Assembly: GCA_026416535.1 (NCBI GenBank)
Contig: JAOAFA010000098.1
Coordinates: forward strand, 12,362 to 76,361
Reading direction: 5' to 3'
From: Deltaproteobacteria bacterium
GTDB lineage: Bacteria; Myxococcota; SpSt-1050
DNA length: 64,000 bases
This document shows positions 27,976-37,977 of the stretch, piece by piece. The notes under the pieces were generated by a model. The model saw nothing but the letters and a program-made list of their open reading frames with translations, did not search any database and was not told where the DNA came from. Numbering within the stretch: position 1 is the first letter of the stretch; each line of letters starts with the position of its first letter. The position numbers and the translations under genes are program-made.

Positions 27976-29382
27976 TCAATCACATTCATCTATGGTAACT
28001 GGGAATACTTTGGAGGGGGGTTTCCACTGTGAAACGGGCAGTTTATTTCCTTTAGAATCTTGCTGTCTCTCTTGAGCATCGGGGATATTATCTCTATCGG
28101 CATCAGTGTTCCAATTAACAGTTCCAGTTCCCCCCTTCGAAGGAAGCAATTGGTTTGCCTTATCCTTATTAGTTGTCTCATCACCAAAAGAATCATACCG
28201 TGTTACAAAATGATCACCATTTACATCAATAATTTCTAAAAGCCTCTGATTACCAGGCCATTCTTCTGTACCCGTCCAGACATCACCAGCCAATCCAAAA
28301 GTAAACTTATAACCTATTCTAAGTCCCTTGGGGAGAACAAATGATATAGTCCAGATATTATCACCCGATATCTCATCGCCATTTGTCCCATCATCATACA
28401 TCTGGATCACATTCGGCTTCCAGTTCTTAAACACTTCTTGATTTAATTTCTCATCCTGAATAGGTGAATCCTTGTGAATTCCAAGTGCAATAAACATCTT
28501 CGCACCGTCTTTTTTAGTTGCCCATTTATAAGGATTGATTGTATTACCATTAGAATCGACAAGTCCCTCATTAATATTTGCCGTAATTACTGTTGCTAAC
28601 CTACTTTCATCATATTTTGCAATAAATTCAAACTCCGAAGAACTTTTCATGACTTGCGTCTCAAAAGGCTCTACAGATTTATCATCTCCTTCTGTATAAT
28701 CTACACTATTATTCCTCAAAAACTTTTCTGAAAGTATACTTTTAGAATTATTATCTTTAAGAAATGAGACAACATCAAACATAATATCACTCCCGGTATC
28801 ACTTCCAGCATTCAATATCTTTGTCACCATTGTCAAAAGTCTGTTTGACTCAGAATCCTTCTCAAATTTCAAGAAGACTTCACCTTTTGCATTTTTTATA
28901 GCACAATATGAGATTGTAGAAAGAGATAACCCCATTCTTCTTAATTTCGAAATAGCAAGTATTGTATAAGTTGTTGTCCTCTCATCTATCACATTATCAA
29001 TAACCTTAACCTTAAATGAATCGCTCTTACTCTCTTCGATTGTCGATGCCTTGTCTAATTTTGGGTAAATATCAAATAAAACTCTGTTACCGCTTCTTAG
29101 CACCACAATCGCATTATTCAAGTCTACTTTAGAACTAACTTCTATTGCGAATTTCCCATCTTGTGCTATCATCCCACTTTTTACTGCAACACTATCTCCA
29201 GATGAGGAAATAAGATCTGCTGTCCCGGATTTTAAAAAATTCGTAACACCTACTATTATCCTATTTTCAACGGAACCAGGGTCTTCTGGCACACTCGATA
29301 AATTACTGAATAGCAAACTCTCTATACCACAATTTTGTAGACAGATAACTATAAATATAACAAACAAATATCTCTTCACCAT
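27976..29382 (-). CDS. Lipoprotein with C-terminal choice-of-anchor X / CBM-like domain
   Basis: Lipobox LQNC; MYDDGTNGDEISGDNIWT motif followed by YKFT...W..TEEWPGNQR; Dx(D/N)xD Ca-binding-like loops. Confidence 0.65.
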   Translation of the reverse strand: MVKRYLFVIFIVICLQNCGIESLLFSNLSSVPEDPGSVENRIIVGVTNFLKSGTADLISSSGDSVAVKSGMIAQDGKFAIEVSSKVDLNNAIVVLRSGNRVLFDIYPKLDKASTIEESKSDSFKVKVIDNVIDERTTTYTILAISKLRRMGLSLSTISYCAIKNAKGEVFLKFEKDSESNRLLTMVTKILNAGSDTGSDIMFDVVSFLKDNNSKSILSEKFLRNNSVDYTEGDDKSVEPFETQVMKSSSEFEFIAKYDESRLATVITANINEGLVDSNGNTINPYKWATKKDGAKMFIALGIHKDSPIQDEKLNQEVFKNWKPNVIQMYDDGTNGDEISGDNIWTISFVLPKGLRIGYKFTFGLAGDVWTGTEEWPGNQRLLEIIDVNGDHFVTRYDSFGDETTNKDKANQLLPSKGGTGTVNWNTDADRDNIPDAQERQQDSKGNKLPVSQWKPPSKVFPVTIDECD

Positions 29383-31295
29383 ACAACCTCCATGGTCGCT
29401 TTAGATCTAACTACCTTAAAAATATTTTCTGAGGGTGACTGCTCTCCTCTATTTTGATCCTTATTAAGGTATTCAAGATAATATCTAATAGAAGCACCCC
29501 CAAATACATAAGATAACATTACAAAAGGTTTATGCTTTACTGTGAGATAATTGTAATAAATTGACTCGGTGGGATCACTAGATCTATTCTTCTCATCCCA
29601 TGTATCATACTGATAGCCCAATGTTGCCTTAAACTCATCGTTAAATTGATACTCAGTAGCAAATCTAAGCGTTAAAATGTTTCCAACATAATCATCTTCT
29701 TTTTTCCCTACCTTTCTATAATCTGTATCCATTATAAACTTTGCTTTAATAGATAAACCGAGCCCTGAAACAAATGATGGAAAATATTTAGTCGTAAAGA
29801 CGAATAGATTTGTATGTCGATCCTGATTTCTTTTATAAACCGAACGTGGGTCTCTTCCTCTATCAAGGGTATTTGAATAGTCGTAAAAGTCCGTATCAGT
29901 ATACCCTTCTGAATATGTAAAATTGGGGTATGTATTATCAATATCCCTATTCTGTCTATTTGTATTATATGTCAAAAATGTATACTCAAGTGAAAAGGAG
30001 AAATCACCTGTATTTAAATTGTTCAATAAAGTAACGCCTCTCCACCCAATACATGATTCATAAAACGGCTCATCAAAATCGATAAACTCATTTGCAAGAT
30101 TAAGAGTAGGCAGTTGACCACCCTCCATAAATCCATCTGTAACAAGGACATCTGCCTCTCTTCGAGTTCCAAAAGTTGCTGTCCAATTTTCACCAAAATT
30201 GAAAATTTCGAGTTTCAATTGATAATTTATCTCTTCCAATGGAACAAATTCAACAAGAAGCTTTTCAATAGCATCACTTACCGGGTCAGACGAATAAATC
30301 ATGGGGAACATACCCTGGGATTCTCTTACACCGTTTGTAGCGTACTTAGTATTAATCGCCGAGAGTGAATATCCAACAATAAAATTAATTGAGATTTTAT
30401 CAGTCACATCGTATTCCATTTCAAAAGTAGCATTAAGATTTCTATACCTATAATCAAGGGCTACAGCATTATCTTTCTCACAGTTAGCTATAGGATTTCC
30501 AAGCTCATCTTTACAATCTGGGTATTTGGCTCCTTTAGCATCAGGATCCAATAGATTTGCTTCAAGATCATTTACAAAGCTTACAATGCTGGTGAGATTT
30601 AATCTATCAGAAATATTATATTTTAATTTTGCTGCATAGGCATAATCATTAGTATAAAATGGATTTGTCAGGATAGGATCACCTATGCCTGTTGACCAAC
30701 CTGGTCCAACATAGAGTTTCGGTAATGCTATTATCCCAAGCACATACTCTATATCCCTCCCTTTATTGGCACCTTCAACAAATATGCCCTTGCCGTTATC
30801 TCGGTCAATGTACCGAGATTTACCTATAGTATAAGGATTAAACATTGAAAAATCAGATGAACCAACACTTACTGCTGTTACAAAAGGAATAGGTGGTGCA
30901 AGTCTAATATTGTAACCTCTTAGCTTTATATACTCTGCTCGATTCATTCCTAAGGATTCCCCTGATGTATTTGGTTTATCATACTTTATATCCCCACTCT
31001 CCCACCAATCCTGCCAAACAGAACCAAATCTACTTTCAAGCCTAACTGTGGCAAGCACATATTGTGAGACATGCCCTTTGATATTCAATTCAAACTCAGA
31101 CCCGACTCCATTATCCCCACTTATACCTTCTTTGGGCCAAAACGGATTTCCTAGAGTAAGAACTCCTTGAGAATCATTATTGCGATAAAGCCATTTATTA
31201 TATATCTTCCCATAAAACTCAAAATTTGCGGTATCAGAGTACACAATAGAATAAAAGCAAAACACAAAGGGTAACAAGAAAGTAACTCTTCTCAT
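29376..31295 (-). CDS. Predicted outer-membrane beta-barrel (porin-like), family unassigned
   Basis: Signal peptide, many alternating aromatic/hydrophobic strands, C-terminal ATMEVVW; no TonB plug recognisable. Confidence 0.6.
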   Translation of the reverse strand: MRRVTFLLPFVFCFYSIVYSDTANFEFYGKIYNKWLYRNNDSQGVLTLGNPFWPKEGISGDNGVGSEFELNIKGHVSQYVLATVRLESRFGSVWQDWWESGDIKYDKPNTSGESLGMNRAEYIKLRGYNIRLAPPIPFVTAVSVGSSDFSMFNPYTIGKSRYIDRDNGKGIFVEGANKGRDIEYVLGIIALPKLYVGPGWSTGIGDPILTNPFYTNDYAYAAKLKYNISDRLNLTSIVSFVNDLEANLLDPDAKGAKYPDCKDELGNPIANCEKDNAVALDYRYRNLNATFEMEYDVTDKISINFIVGYSLSAINTKYATNGVRESQGMFPMIYSSDPVSDAIEKLLVEFVPLEEINYQLKLEIFNFGENWTATFGTRREADVLVTDGFMEGGQLPTLNLANEFIDFDEPFYESCIGWRGVTLLNNLNTGDFSFSLEYTFLTYNTNRQNRDIDNTYPNFTYSEGYTDTDFYDYSNTLDRGRDPRSVYKRNQDRHTNLFVFTTKYFPSFVSGLGLSIKAKFIMDTDYRKVGKKEDDYVGNILTLRFATEYQFNDEFKATLGYQYDTWDEKNRSSDPTESIYYNYLTVKHKPFVMLSYVFGGASIRYYLEYLNKDQNRGEQSPSENIFKVVRSKATMEVVW

Positions 31296-31316
31296 AATAC
31301 ATCCTTATAAAAAAGT

Positions 31317-32141
31317 TTACCTATAAACCATGGGTATCCTTACGATCTCCCATTTTGAGGGATCAGGATCACACTTAAATCCCTTCAATATCTCGTATTG
31401 TTTCTCTATTTCCTCTTTACCACCTTTTGCCGGTGCTACGATTATATCTATTACATGTGGATCACAATCATAATCTGAACCACCTCCAAATCTATGTGGA
31501 CCTTCATATTCATTTACCTTCCTTGTCAGAAAGTCCTTTTTATCTGGATATCCCTCATTGCTTTGCATTATCACCTGGAAACCCCACTTGGTAGAAAACC
31601 CTCCCAAATCCTTCTTAGGAACAATTGCTATAATACTCCTACCCTGAACAAATGTCCTTTTAGGAACTACTATTCTTTCTTTAAATTTTTCTGCCTTGAG
31701 TTTTATCTCATCATTTATCCTCGCCCTACTCTGAGGAGAAAGGACAATACACTTTTCATAAAAAGATTCCTTTTCAAATTTTATGTTCAAACCTGGCAAA
31801 CCCTCTTCTTCACCTGATCCTTCTTTATGATCCATGTCAATAAATACAAATGCCATTTGTATTGAAAAGCCATTACCGGGCTGTGGCCAACTCTTTGAAT
31901 TCCAGGGGTCTTCGATCTTTGCATTAACAGTTAATTTAAACTCTACATCTTCTCCCTTCTCTCTGACCTCCAATCTTGATATATCAAATGAACCCTTCTT
32001 ATAAACAGAATCCGTAGGATATATGTAACTCCCCGGCCCCTTATCATCACCAATAGGATCATCAAACAAAACCTCTTCTCCAAACAAGTAATTGGATACA
32101 ACAAAACTCACAAAGATTAAGATGATAATCCTGTGTTTCAT
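31317..32141 (-). CDS. Exported glucodextranase C-terminal DOMON-like domain protein
   Basis: DPIGDDKGPGSYIYPT...FDI...DPW...NGFSIQ and RFGGG...PHVID motifs of the DOMON-like modules of glucodextranases/amylopullulanases; signal peptide; AAGGAGG RBS. Confidence 0.88.
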   Translation of the reverse strand: MKHRIIILIFVSFVVSNYLFGEEVLFDDPIGDDKGPGSYIYPTDSVYKKGSFDISRLEVREKGEDVEFKLTVNAKIEDPWNSKSWPQPGNGFSIQMAFVFIDMDHKEGSGEEEGLPGLNIKFEKESFYEKCIVLSPQSRARINDEIKLKAEKFKERIVVPKRTFVQGRSIIAIVPKKDLGGFSTKWGFQVIMQSNEGYPDKKDFLTRKVNEYEGPHRFGGGSDYDCDPHVIDIIVAPAKGGKEEIEKQYEILKGFKCDPDPSKWEIVRIPMVYR

Positions 32142-32179
32142 TAGATGACCTCCTTAAAAATGATTTAAGTCAAAAATAG

Positions 32180-32208
32180 CTTATACCAATTTTTTATTGT
32201 CATTGCAA
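32180..32208 (-). promoter_or_regulatory. Putative sigma70 promoter for the DOMON-barrel-lipoprotein operon
   Basis: Minus strand TTGCAA, 17 bp ending in TGG, TATAAG. Confidence 0.4.
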
Positions 32209-32608
32209 TCAAACAAATTTCAAAATCTTTTACTGATTTTACCATACTTATTCAATCATATGCCTTATCCACGTGCAGTTATGTAGTAATTTTCACTACT
32301 CCCGGATAAGGATATTTTTAATTTTCCAAAAACTCGCAAATTACACTTCAAAGGAAAAAGCTCTTTACTGTATAGGAAAGTGTTAAAAGAGTGCCAGGTT
32401 ATTAATAATTAGGAAGCCCTGTTATAAATACAAATAACAAGTCAGGAGGTTATACCCAACATTTTAGTTTCCCAGAGATATTAAATTTTGCCCTCCTAAA
32501 AAAACATCTTGCTTTTCCAAAAAGATTGTGATAGAAGACTCAGGCTTTAACGTATTGTAACACACATTGCAATATATGTATTTATAATAGTTTATATTAT
32601 GAGGATGT

Positions 32609-35600
32609 ATGAAACCTTTAAGGCTTGAACTAATTGGCTTCAAATCATTTTTCAATCATACCGTATTTACGTTTAATGACGGGATAACCTGTGTTGTTGG
32701 TCCAAATGGTTGTGGAAAAAGCAATGTTGTAGACGCAATAAGATGGGTCTTAGGAGAGCAGGCCCCTAGTAAAATAAGGGGTAAATCCATGGACTCTGTA
32801 ATATTCAGTGGCACAGATAAATATGCAGCCTCTGGAATGGCAGAGGTATCCTTTTACTTTGAAAATAACGAAAAAAATCTTCCTCCCCAATATAACTCCT
32901 ACAATGAGATTTGCATTACAAGACGGATTTTTAAAACCGGCGAAAGCGAATATATGATTAATAAGGTTCCCTGCAGACTAACAGACATAGTCGAACTCTT
33001 TTTAGGAACAGGCTTCGGTACAAAGGCATATTCAATCATTGATCAGGGAACTATTACAAACCTTGCTACAGCATCACCAGATGAAAGAAGACTTATGATT
33101 GAGGAGGCAGCAGGAATTACAAAATATAGAAATAGAAAAAAAGTGGCTCTTTCAAGGCTTGAGCAATCAGAAAATAATCTCTTACGAATATCCGATGTCA
33201 TCAAAGAAATAGATAGACAGATAGTGGTTATCCAAAAGCAGGCAAGGAAAGCAGAAAAATACAAAAGCTTAAAAGAGGAGTTCAATAAAATCGAATTAAA
33301 ACGCATTAGATACGAACTTAAATGTATAATAGAAGAGGAAAAAGGGACCCAAGATGAAATAGAACACCTGAAAAACAAAGAATCAGAGCTTACTACACAG
33401 CTTACCAATCTTGAATCAAGGCATCTAGACATCAATTCTGAAATGGGAGAAAAAGAAAAGATATTAAATGAGCTAAATAATCAACTATTATCTATTGAGA
33501 GTCGAGTCAGGTTAGTTGAAAACGAAAAAAACTTCTATCAAAAGGAAATAGAACACCTTAATTTAAACAATCTCAATGGTGCTGATAGAATCACAAAAAT
33601 TAAAGAAAGGATAGATGAACTCGAAAAAGAAACTGAGATTAAAAACAAGGAAAAGGAAGAGATTGAAAATGAGATCGCAATCCATTCCATGAGAATTTCT
33701 GATCAAGAAAAAGAACTCTCAGAAATCACCAATAAGAAACAGACGGTCCAATCGAAGTTGTCAGATGTCCAGCGTGAACTCATAGAAACAATGACAAATA
33801 TTGCAAAATTCTCCAACAGAAGAAGCTATGTTGAATCAATTCTACAAGAAAATAGCAAAAAGTTGGAGGCCCTAAAACTTGAGTGCAAACATCTTAGTTC
33901 CCAGTTTTCAGAACAAGAAAATTTACTAAAAACCAAACAAGCTGAAATCGAAATTAAATTAAAAGACGTAGAAAGCTTAGAAGCAAAGTTCTCTACATTT
34001 TCTGAAAAATTAATGGATTTAGAAAGCCAGCTACTTAAATCTGAAACTACAATAATAAACACAAAAGAGAAACTTGCAGAAATGAAGTCTAGGTATAATT
34101 CACTATTAGAACTCGAAAGGAATCTTGAAGGATTTGATGAAGGCATTAAGAATATTCTCAAGGCGAGAAGTGAAAATCTTGATGAGAGAATTTCTAATGG
34201 CATCATGGGTCTAATCACTGAATACATAGAAGTAGAACCGGCTTATGAAAGGGCTATTGAGTCAGTATTAGGCGAAAAGCTACAGTCTTTAATAATAAGG
34301 GAACCCGAGGTAGGTCTCTATGCAATTGATTTTTTAAAGCAGACGTCCTCTGGGAGAACCACCTTTATACCGATAAAACCAAAACACCCACTATCATCCC
34401 ATGGTACTCCATCTGGCAATGGGGTTATCGGACCCGCCTTAAATTTTGTAAAATGTCAACCTGAATTTCAAGAAATATCTAATGCACTCTTTGGAGACGT
34501 AGTGATTGTTGACAATTTAAGTAATGCCCTCAGCCTATGGTCTAATAACGGTTTCCAAAAGACTCTTGTTACAATAGATGGAGAGATAATCGAACATTCT
34601 GGGATTATCACTGGAGGCAGAAAGGAAAAGGCAGGTGGTCAGTTCGCAAGGAAAAGAGAGATAAAAGAACTGAAATCAAGAATCGAAGAATTTGAGACAC
34701 TCTTCGAGATAGAACAGCAAAAATATGCAGCTATCAAAGAAGATTTAATAAGACACAGAGGTCTTTTAGAATCCCTAAAAGAAGAAATCCAAAGGAACAA
34801 AATACATAAAGTTGAAATTGAAAAGGATATATCATCAATAAAAGAACGTCTAAGCCGTATAAATGATAGACTAAATGTAATTTACTTTGAAACAGAGAAA
34901 TACGAAGACGAGTTAAGAGGCAACAAAGAGGAGCTTATTAATATAGAAGAACTACTTAAGGGTCTTGAACTCAAGAGGGACGAGCTCAAGACCCTTGAGC
35001 AATCTATCCAGAGGGAGCTTTCTGAGCTCACCACAGAGGAAAAAATACAAAACGATAGATTGACTAACTTTCGCATACAATCAGCTTCTGACAACGAGAA
35101 ACTCCTATCAATAAAAAATCTACTAAACAGAATATCCAATGAACAAAAGGAATTAAATTATGAAGTGGACATACTTACAAAATCCATCTCTTCTAACAAT
35201 ATAAAAATTGGTCAATTAAAAAAGCAGATTGTTGATAAAGAGAATGAATGTAGTATCCTCATTGAAGAACACAAAAAAATAACAGAGCAAAAAAACCTCT
35301 TGATGAATGATTTTAATAAATTTTCAGAAGAGATTCTCAATATAGAAGGATTGATTAAAGACATACATAAACATATTTTAAATATCAGAGAACAGGTAGG
35401 AGCACTTACAATTAGGCTAAAAGAGATTCAATTTAGAAAAGAAAACTCTATCAATTTTTGTTTAGATAAGCTAAATATAGATATAACCAAAGAATTAACT
35501 AGTGGCTCAATCTCAAATGCTGAGGCCCTAACTGATGATGACCTACGCCAAATAGAGGAATTAAAAAATATAATTGAAAACTTTGGTGAGATAAATCTCA

Positions 35601-36193
35601 CTGCCATAACTGAATATGAAAATCTAAGCAAAAGAAGGGAATTCCTCCAAAGTAATTATGATGATTTAAGGAGGGCAATGGAAAATCTAAAAAGGGCGAT
35701 TGCAAGAATTAATAGAATATCAAAAGAAAGATTCATCGAGACATTCAATAAAATAAATGAGAAGCTTGTTGAGGTCGCCCCCGCACTTATGACAGGTGGC
35801 AAAATCTCTCTAAAACTTACAGATGAAAATAATTTACTTGAAAGTGGTGTCGATATAATCGTAAATCCTAAAGGCAAGAAGTTATTGTCAATTGATATGT
35901 TATCTGGGGGTGAAAAGGCACTTGTTGGTTTATCTGTAATATTCGCAATCTATAAGATCAAACCATCACCCTTCTGTGTCTTGGATGAGGTAGATGCCCC
36001 ATTAGACGAAGCAAACACTGGAAGATTTATAACTTTTATCAAAGAACTCTCAAAAAATAATCGTTTTATGATAATTACTCATAACAAGAGGACAATGGAG
36101 GCGGCGAATCAGCTCTATGGTATTACAATGCAGGAACCAGGTATATCAAAGGCAATACCACTAACCCTAGATCAAATATTCAATGAACAATAA
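32609..36193 (+). CDS. smc: Chromosome segregation protein SMC
   Basis: GFKSF, Walker A GPNGCGKSN, central hinge (GRTTF, GIITGG), LSGGEK signature, Walker B LDEVDAPLD. Confidence 0.98.
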   Translation: MKPLRLELIGFKSFFNHTVFTFNDGITCVVGPNGCGKSNVVDAIRWVLGEQAPSKIRGKSMDSVIFSGTDKYAASGMAEVSFYFENNEKNLPPQYNSYNEICITRRIFKTGESEYMINKVPCRLTDIVELFLGTGFGTKAYSIIDQGTITNLATASPDERRLMIEEAAGITKYRNRKKVALSRLEQSENNLLRISDVIKEIDRQIVVIQKQARKAEKYKSLKEEFNKIELKRIRYELKCIIEEEKGTQDEIEHLKNKESELTTQLTNLESRHLDINSEMGEKEKILNELNNQLLSIESRVRLVENEKNFYQKEIEHLNLNNLNGADRITKIKERIDELEKETEIKNKEKEEIENEIAIHSMRISDQEKELSEITNKKQTVQSKLSDVQRELIETMTNIAKFSNRRSYVESILQENSKKLEALKLECKHLSSQFSEQENLLKTKQAEIEIKLKDVESLEAKFSTFSEKLMDLESQLLKSETTIINTKEKLAEMKSRYNSLLELERNLEGFDEGIKNILKARSENLDERISNGIMGLITEYIEVEPAYERAIESVLGEKLQSLIIREPEVGLYAIDFLKQTSSGRTTFIPIKPKHPLSSHGTPSGNGVIGPALNFVKCQPEFQEISNALFGDVVIVDNLSNALSLWSNNGFQKTLVTIDGEIIEHSGIITGGRKEKAGGQFARKREIKELKSRIEEFETLFEIEQQKYAAIKEDLIRHRGLLESLKEEIQRNKIHKVEIEKDISSIKERLSRINDRLNVIYFETEKYEDELRGNKEELINIEELLKGLELKRDELKTLEQSIQRELSELTTEEKIQNDRLTNFRIQSASDNEKLLSIKNLLNRISNEQKELNYEVDILTKSISSNNIKIGQLKKQIVDKENECSILIEEHKKITEQKNLLMNDFNKFSEEILNIEGLIKDIHKHILNIREQVGALTIRLKEIQFRKENSINFCLDKLNIDITKELTSGSISNAEALTDDDLRQIEELKNIIENFGEINLTAITEYENLSKRREFLQSNYDDLRRAMENLKRAIARINRISKERFIETFNKINEKLVEVAPALMTGGKISLKLTDENNLLESGVDIIVNPKGKKLLSIDMLSGGEKALVGLSVIFAIYKIKPSPFCVLDEVDAPLDEANTGRFITFIKELSKNNRFMIITHNKRTMEAANQLYGITMQEPGISKAIPLTLDQIFNEQ

Positions 36194-37580
36194 GACGTTC
36201 TACCCCATTAGGATTAACCTTTAGCAGTTCAAAATCAAGAGATCTAATTATAATTGACTTCCCTAATACTTCCTTAGATCTCTCAACATCTTCACAATTA
36301 ACAAGTAACATAATTTCACCAAACGAATTTTTTAAAACTATTGTTAAGATACCCTCTATATATTCTGCCTTAAAGTTTCCACTAAGAATTCCCATTTTCT
36401 TATAATGTATTAACTTTCTGTAAAATTCCCTAATACCTTTTATTTTTTCAGTAAATTCCATATCCCTCCGATTATCAATCCCTTTGCCTACTCTCAATCC
36501 ATTTTCTTCTCCATAATATATAAGAGGAATACCTCCACATACGAACTGCAAAATTGCCATTATCCTAAGTAGATTTGTCTCTACATCTTTATCATTTATC
36601 TCGAAATGTGTCATAATTCCATCTAAATCATGATTATTTAAAAACACTATGTAATTTTTTTCAGCCACACTATATCTTTTATTCAAATAAGAGACAAAGA
36701 CCTCTGCACGCATTGCCTTTCTTAAAAAACCTGATAGATAATCTCTAAATTCAAAATCAAATAAGAAATCAACACTGTAATCTGAGAAGATAGAAGTCCA
36801 CCTTATATCCGCAGATGAGCCCCAATATTCACCAATTAATACAATGTCAGGATTGATCTTCCTCAATTCCTCTTTAATATCTCTAACAACAACATTATCC
36901 ACATGCCGCATGGCATCTATCCTCAAACCATCAAAACGTACTCGCTTCATTAATTCTTTATATACCTTTATCAAAAAACTTCTTACATCACTCCTTTCTG
37001 TCTTAAAATCCGGCAAACCAAATAGACATTGTTTCAATTCATCATTATCAATACAGCCTCCGAATCTAATTGACCTTACCCAGAGCGTATTTCTCTCCCA
37101 TATAGATTTATAACCAGCATGATTAATTACTATGTCCTGAATATATGAAATCCCTACCCTATGTAGTTCCTCTGATACTTTCGACATTATCTTAAAATCC
37201 CCAAAATGTTCCTCAATTCTATCAAAGTTTTCCGGCCAATAGCCGTGATACCCATAGTGTTTATAGCCTTGATAATCAACATAGCTTTTAACATTGTCTA
37301 AAATTGGTGATATAATAACTGAATTGACTCCCAGCTCCTTAAGGTAACCTATTTTCTCGTATATACCCTTTAAATCCCCCCCATGATAACCATAAGGGTT
37401 GCTTTTATCAACCATATAATTATTCGTTTTATCTCCATCATAAAATCTATCAATTAAAATTTGGTAAAAAACTGGGTGCCCACCTCTCAAGGTATGATAA
37501 AAGCCCTCCTGTCTATAATAACAGCCAATACTTGATATAAATAAACAAAAAAGAAAAATGGCTTTATTCACCATAATCAA
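36180..37580 (-). CDS. GH13 alpha-amylase-family lipoprotein
   Basis: Lipobox SIGC; GGDLKG, YHGYW, DIVINH and catalytic DGLRIDAMRH, GEYW, FLNNHD. Overlaps the smc 3' end by 14 bp. Confidence 0.9.
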   Translation of the reverse strand: MIMVNKAIFLFCLFISSIGCYYRQEGFYHTLRGGHPVFYQILIDRFYDGDKTNNYMVDKSNPYGYHGGDLKGIYEKIGYLKELGVNSVIISPILDNVKSYVDYQGYKHYGYHGYWPENFDRIEEHFGDFKIMSKVSEELHRVGISYIQDIVINHAGYKSIWERNTLWVRSIRFGGCIDNDELKQCLFGLPDFKTERSDVRSFLIKVYKELMKRVRFDGLRIDAMRHVDNVVVRDIKEELRKINPDIVLIGEYWGSSADIRWTSIFSDYSVDFLFDFEFRDYLSGFLRKAMRAEVFVSYLNKRYSVAEKNYIVFLNNHDLDGIMTHFEINDKDVETNLLRIMAILQFVCGGIPLIYYGEENGLRVGKGIDNRRDMEFTEKIKGIREFYRKLIHYKKMGILSGNFKAEYIEGILTIVLKNSFGEIMLLVNCEDVERSKEVLGKSIIIRSLDFELLKVNPNGVERLIVH

Positions 37581-37977
37581 TTAAAACTGGGTAGGAAAAA
37601 AGCAAAAAAGTCCGTTTGTTGTCGATTCTCTTCTTACACTCAATAAGCTTTTCAAAGCGAAATTTAGAACCTACTATATTTTCGGGCAGATCACCAAAAG
37701 CCTCCCTAACTGATTCAGTCACTATCACAAAATCCTCATTATCTAATCCAGATAAATATATCAAGAATCCATGATTTATACAATCTATCCTTCTATCTGA
37801 GATGATATCAAGAAATTTCACTTCCCCATTAAGCGGCCCCACTATCTTACCCATGTATTTATTTCTTCTTTCAAGAATCGAGTCTCCCTTATCCACACGG
37901 TATAAATAGGCAAGTAACAAAATACCGCCCAATCCAGCTATTAATATAATGATATCTTTGAGAATGTTTTTACTCAT
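37564..37977 (-). CDS. Hypothetical single-TM membrane protein
   Basis: N-terminal TM; overlaps both neighbours, as in a coupled operon. Confidence 0.6.
   Translation of the reverse strand: MSKNILKDIIILIAGLGGILLLAYLYRVDKGDSILERRNKYMGKIVGPLNGEVKFLDIISDRRIDCINHGFLIYLSGLDNEDFVIVTESVREAFGDLPENIVGSKFRFEKLIECKKRIDNKRTFLLFSYPVLIDYGE

Noticed and set aside
32265-32280. TTATCCACGTGCAGTT upstream of smc as a parS site or DnaA box
   Set aside because: Only 10 of 16 positions match the parS palindrome and symmetry is broken; a single 8/9 DnaA-box match without a cluster does not indicate oriC.
32263-32311. SAM-I riboswitch (CTTATC...GATAAG P1-like stem)
   Set aside because: Too short, lacks the P2 kink-turn and GCAAC/GTGC P3 elements, and is not upstream of methionine genes.
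32464-32655. 63-aa minus-strand ORF in the smc upstream region
   Set aside because: It overlaps the smc start in antisense and has no RBS or recognisable motif.
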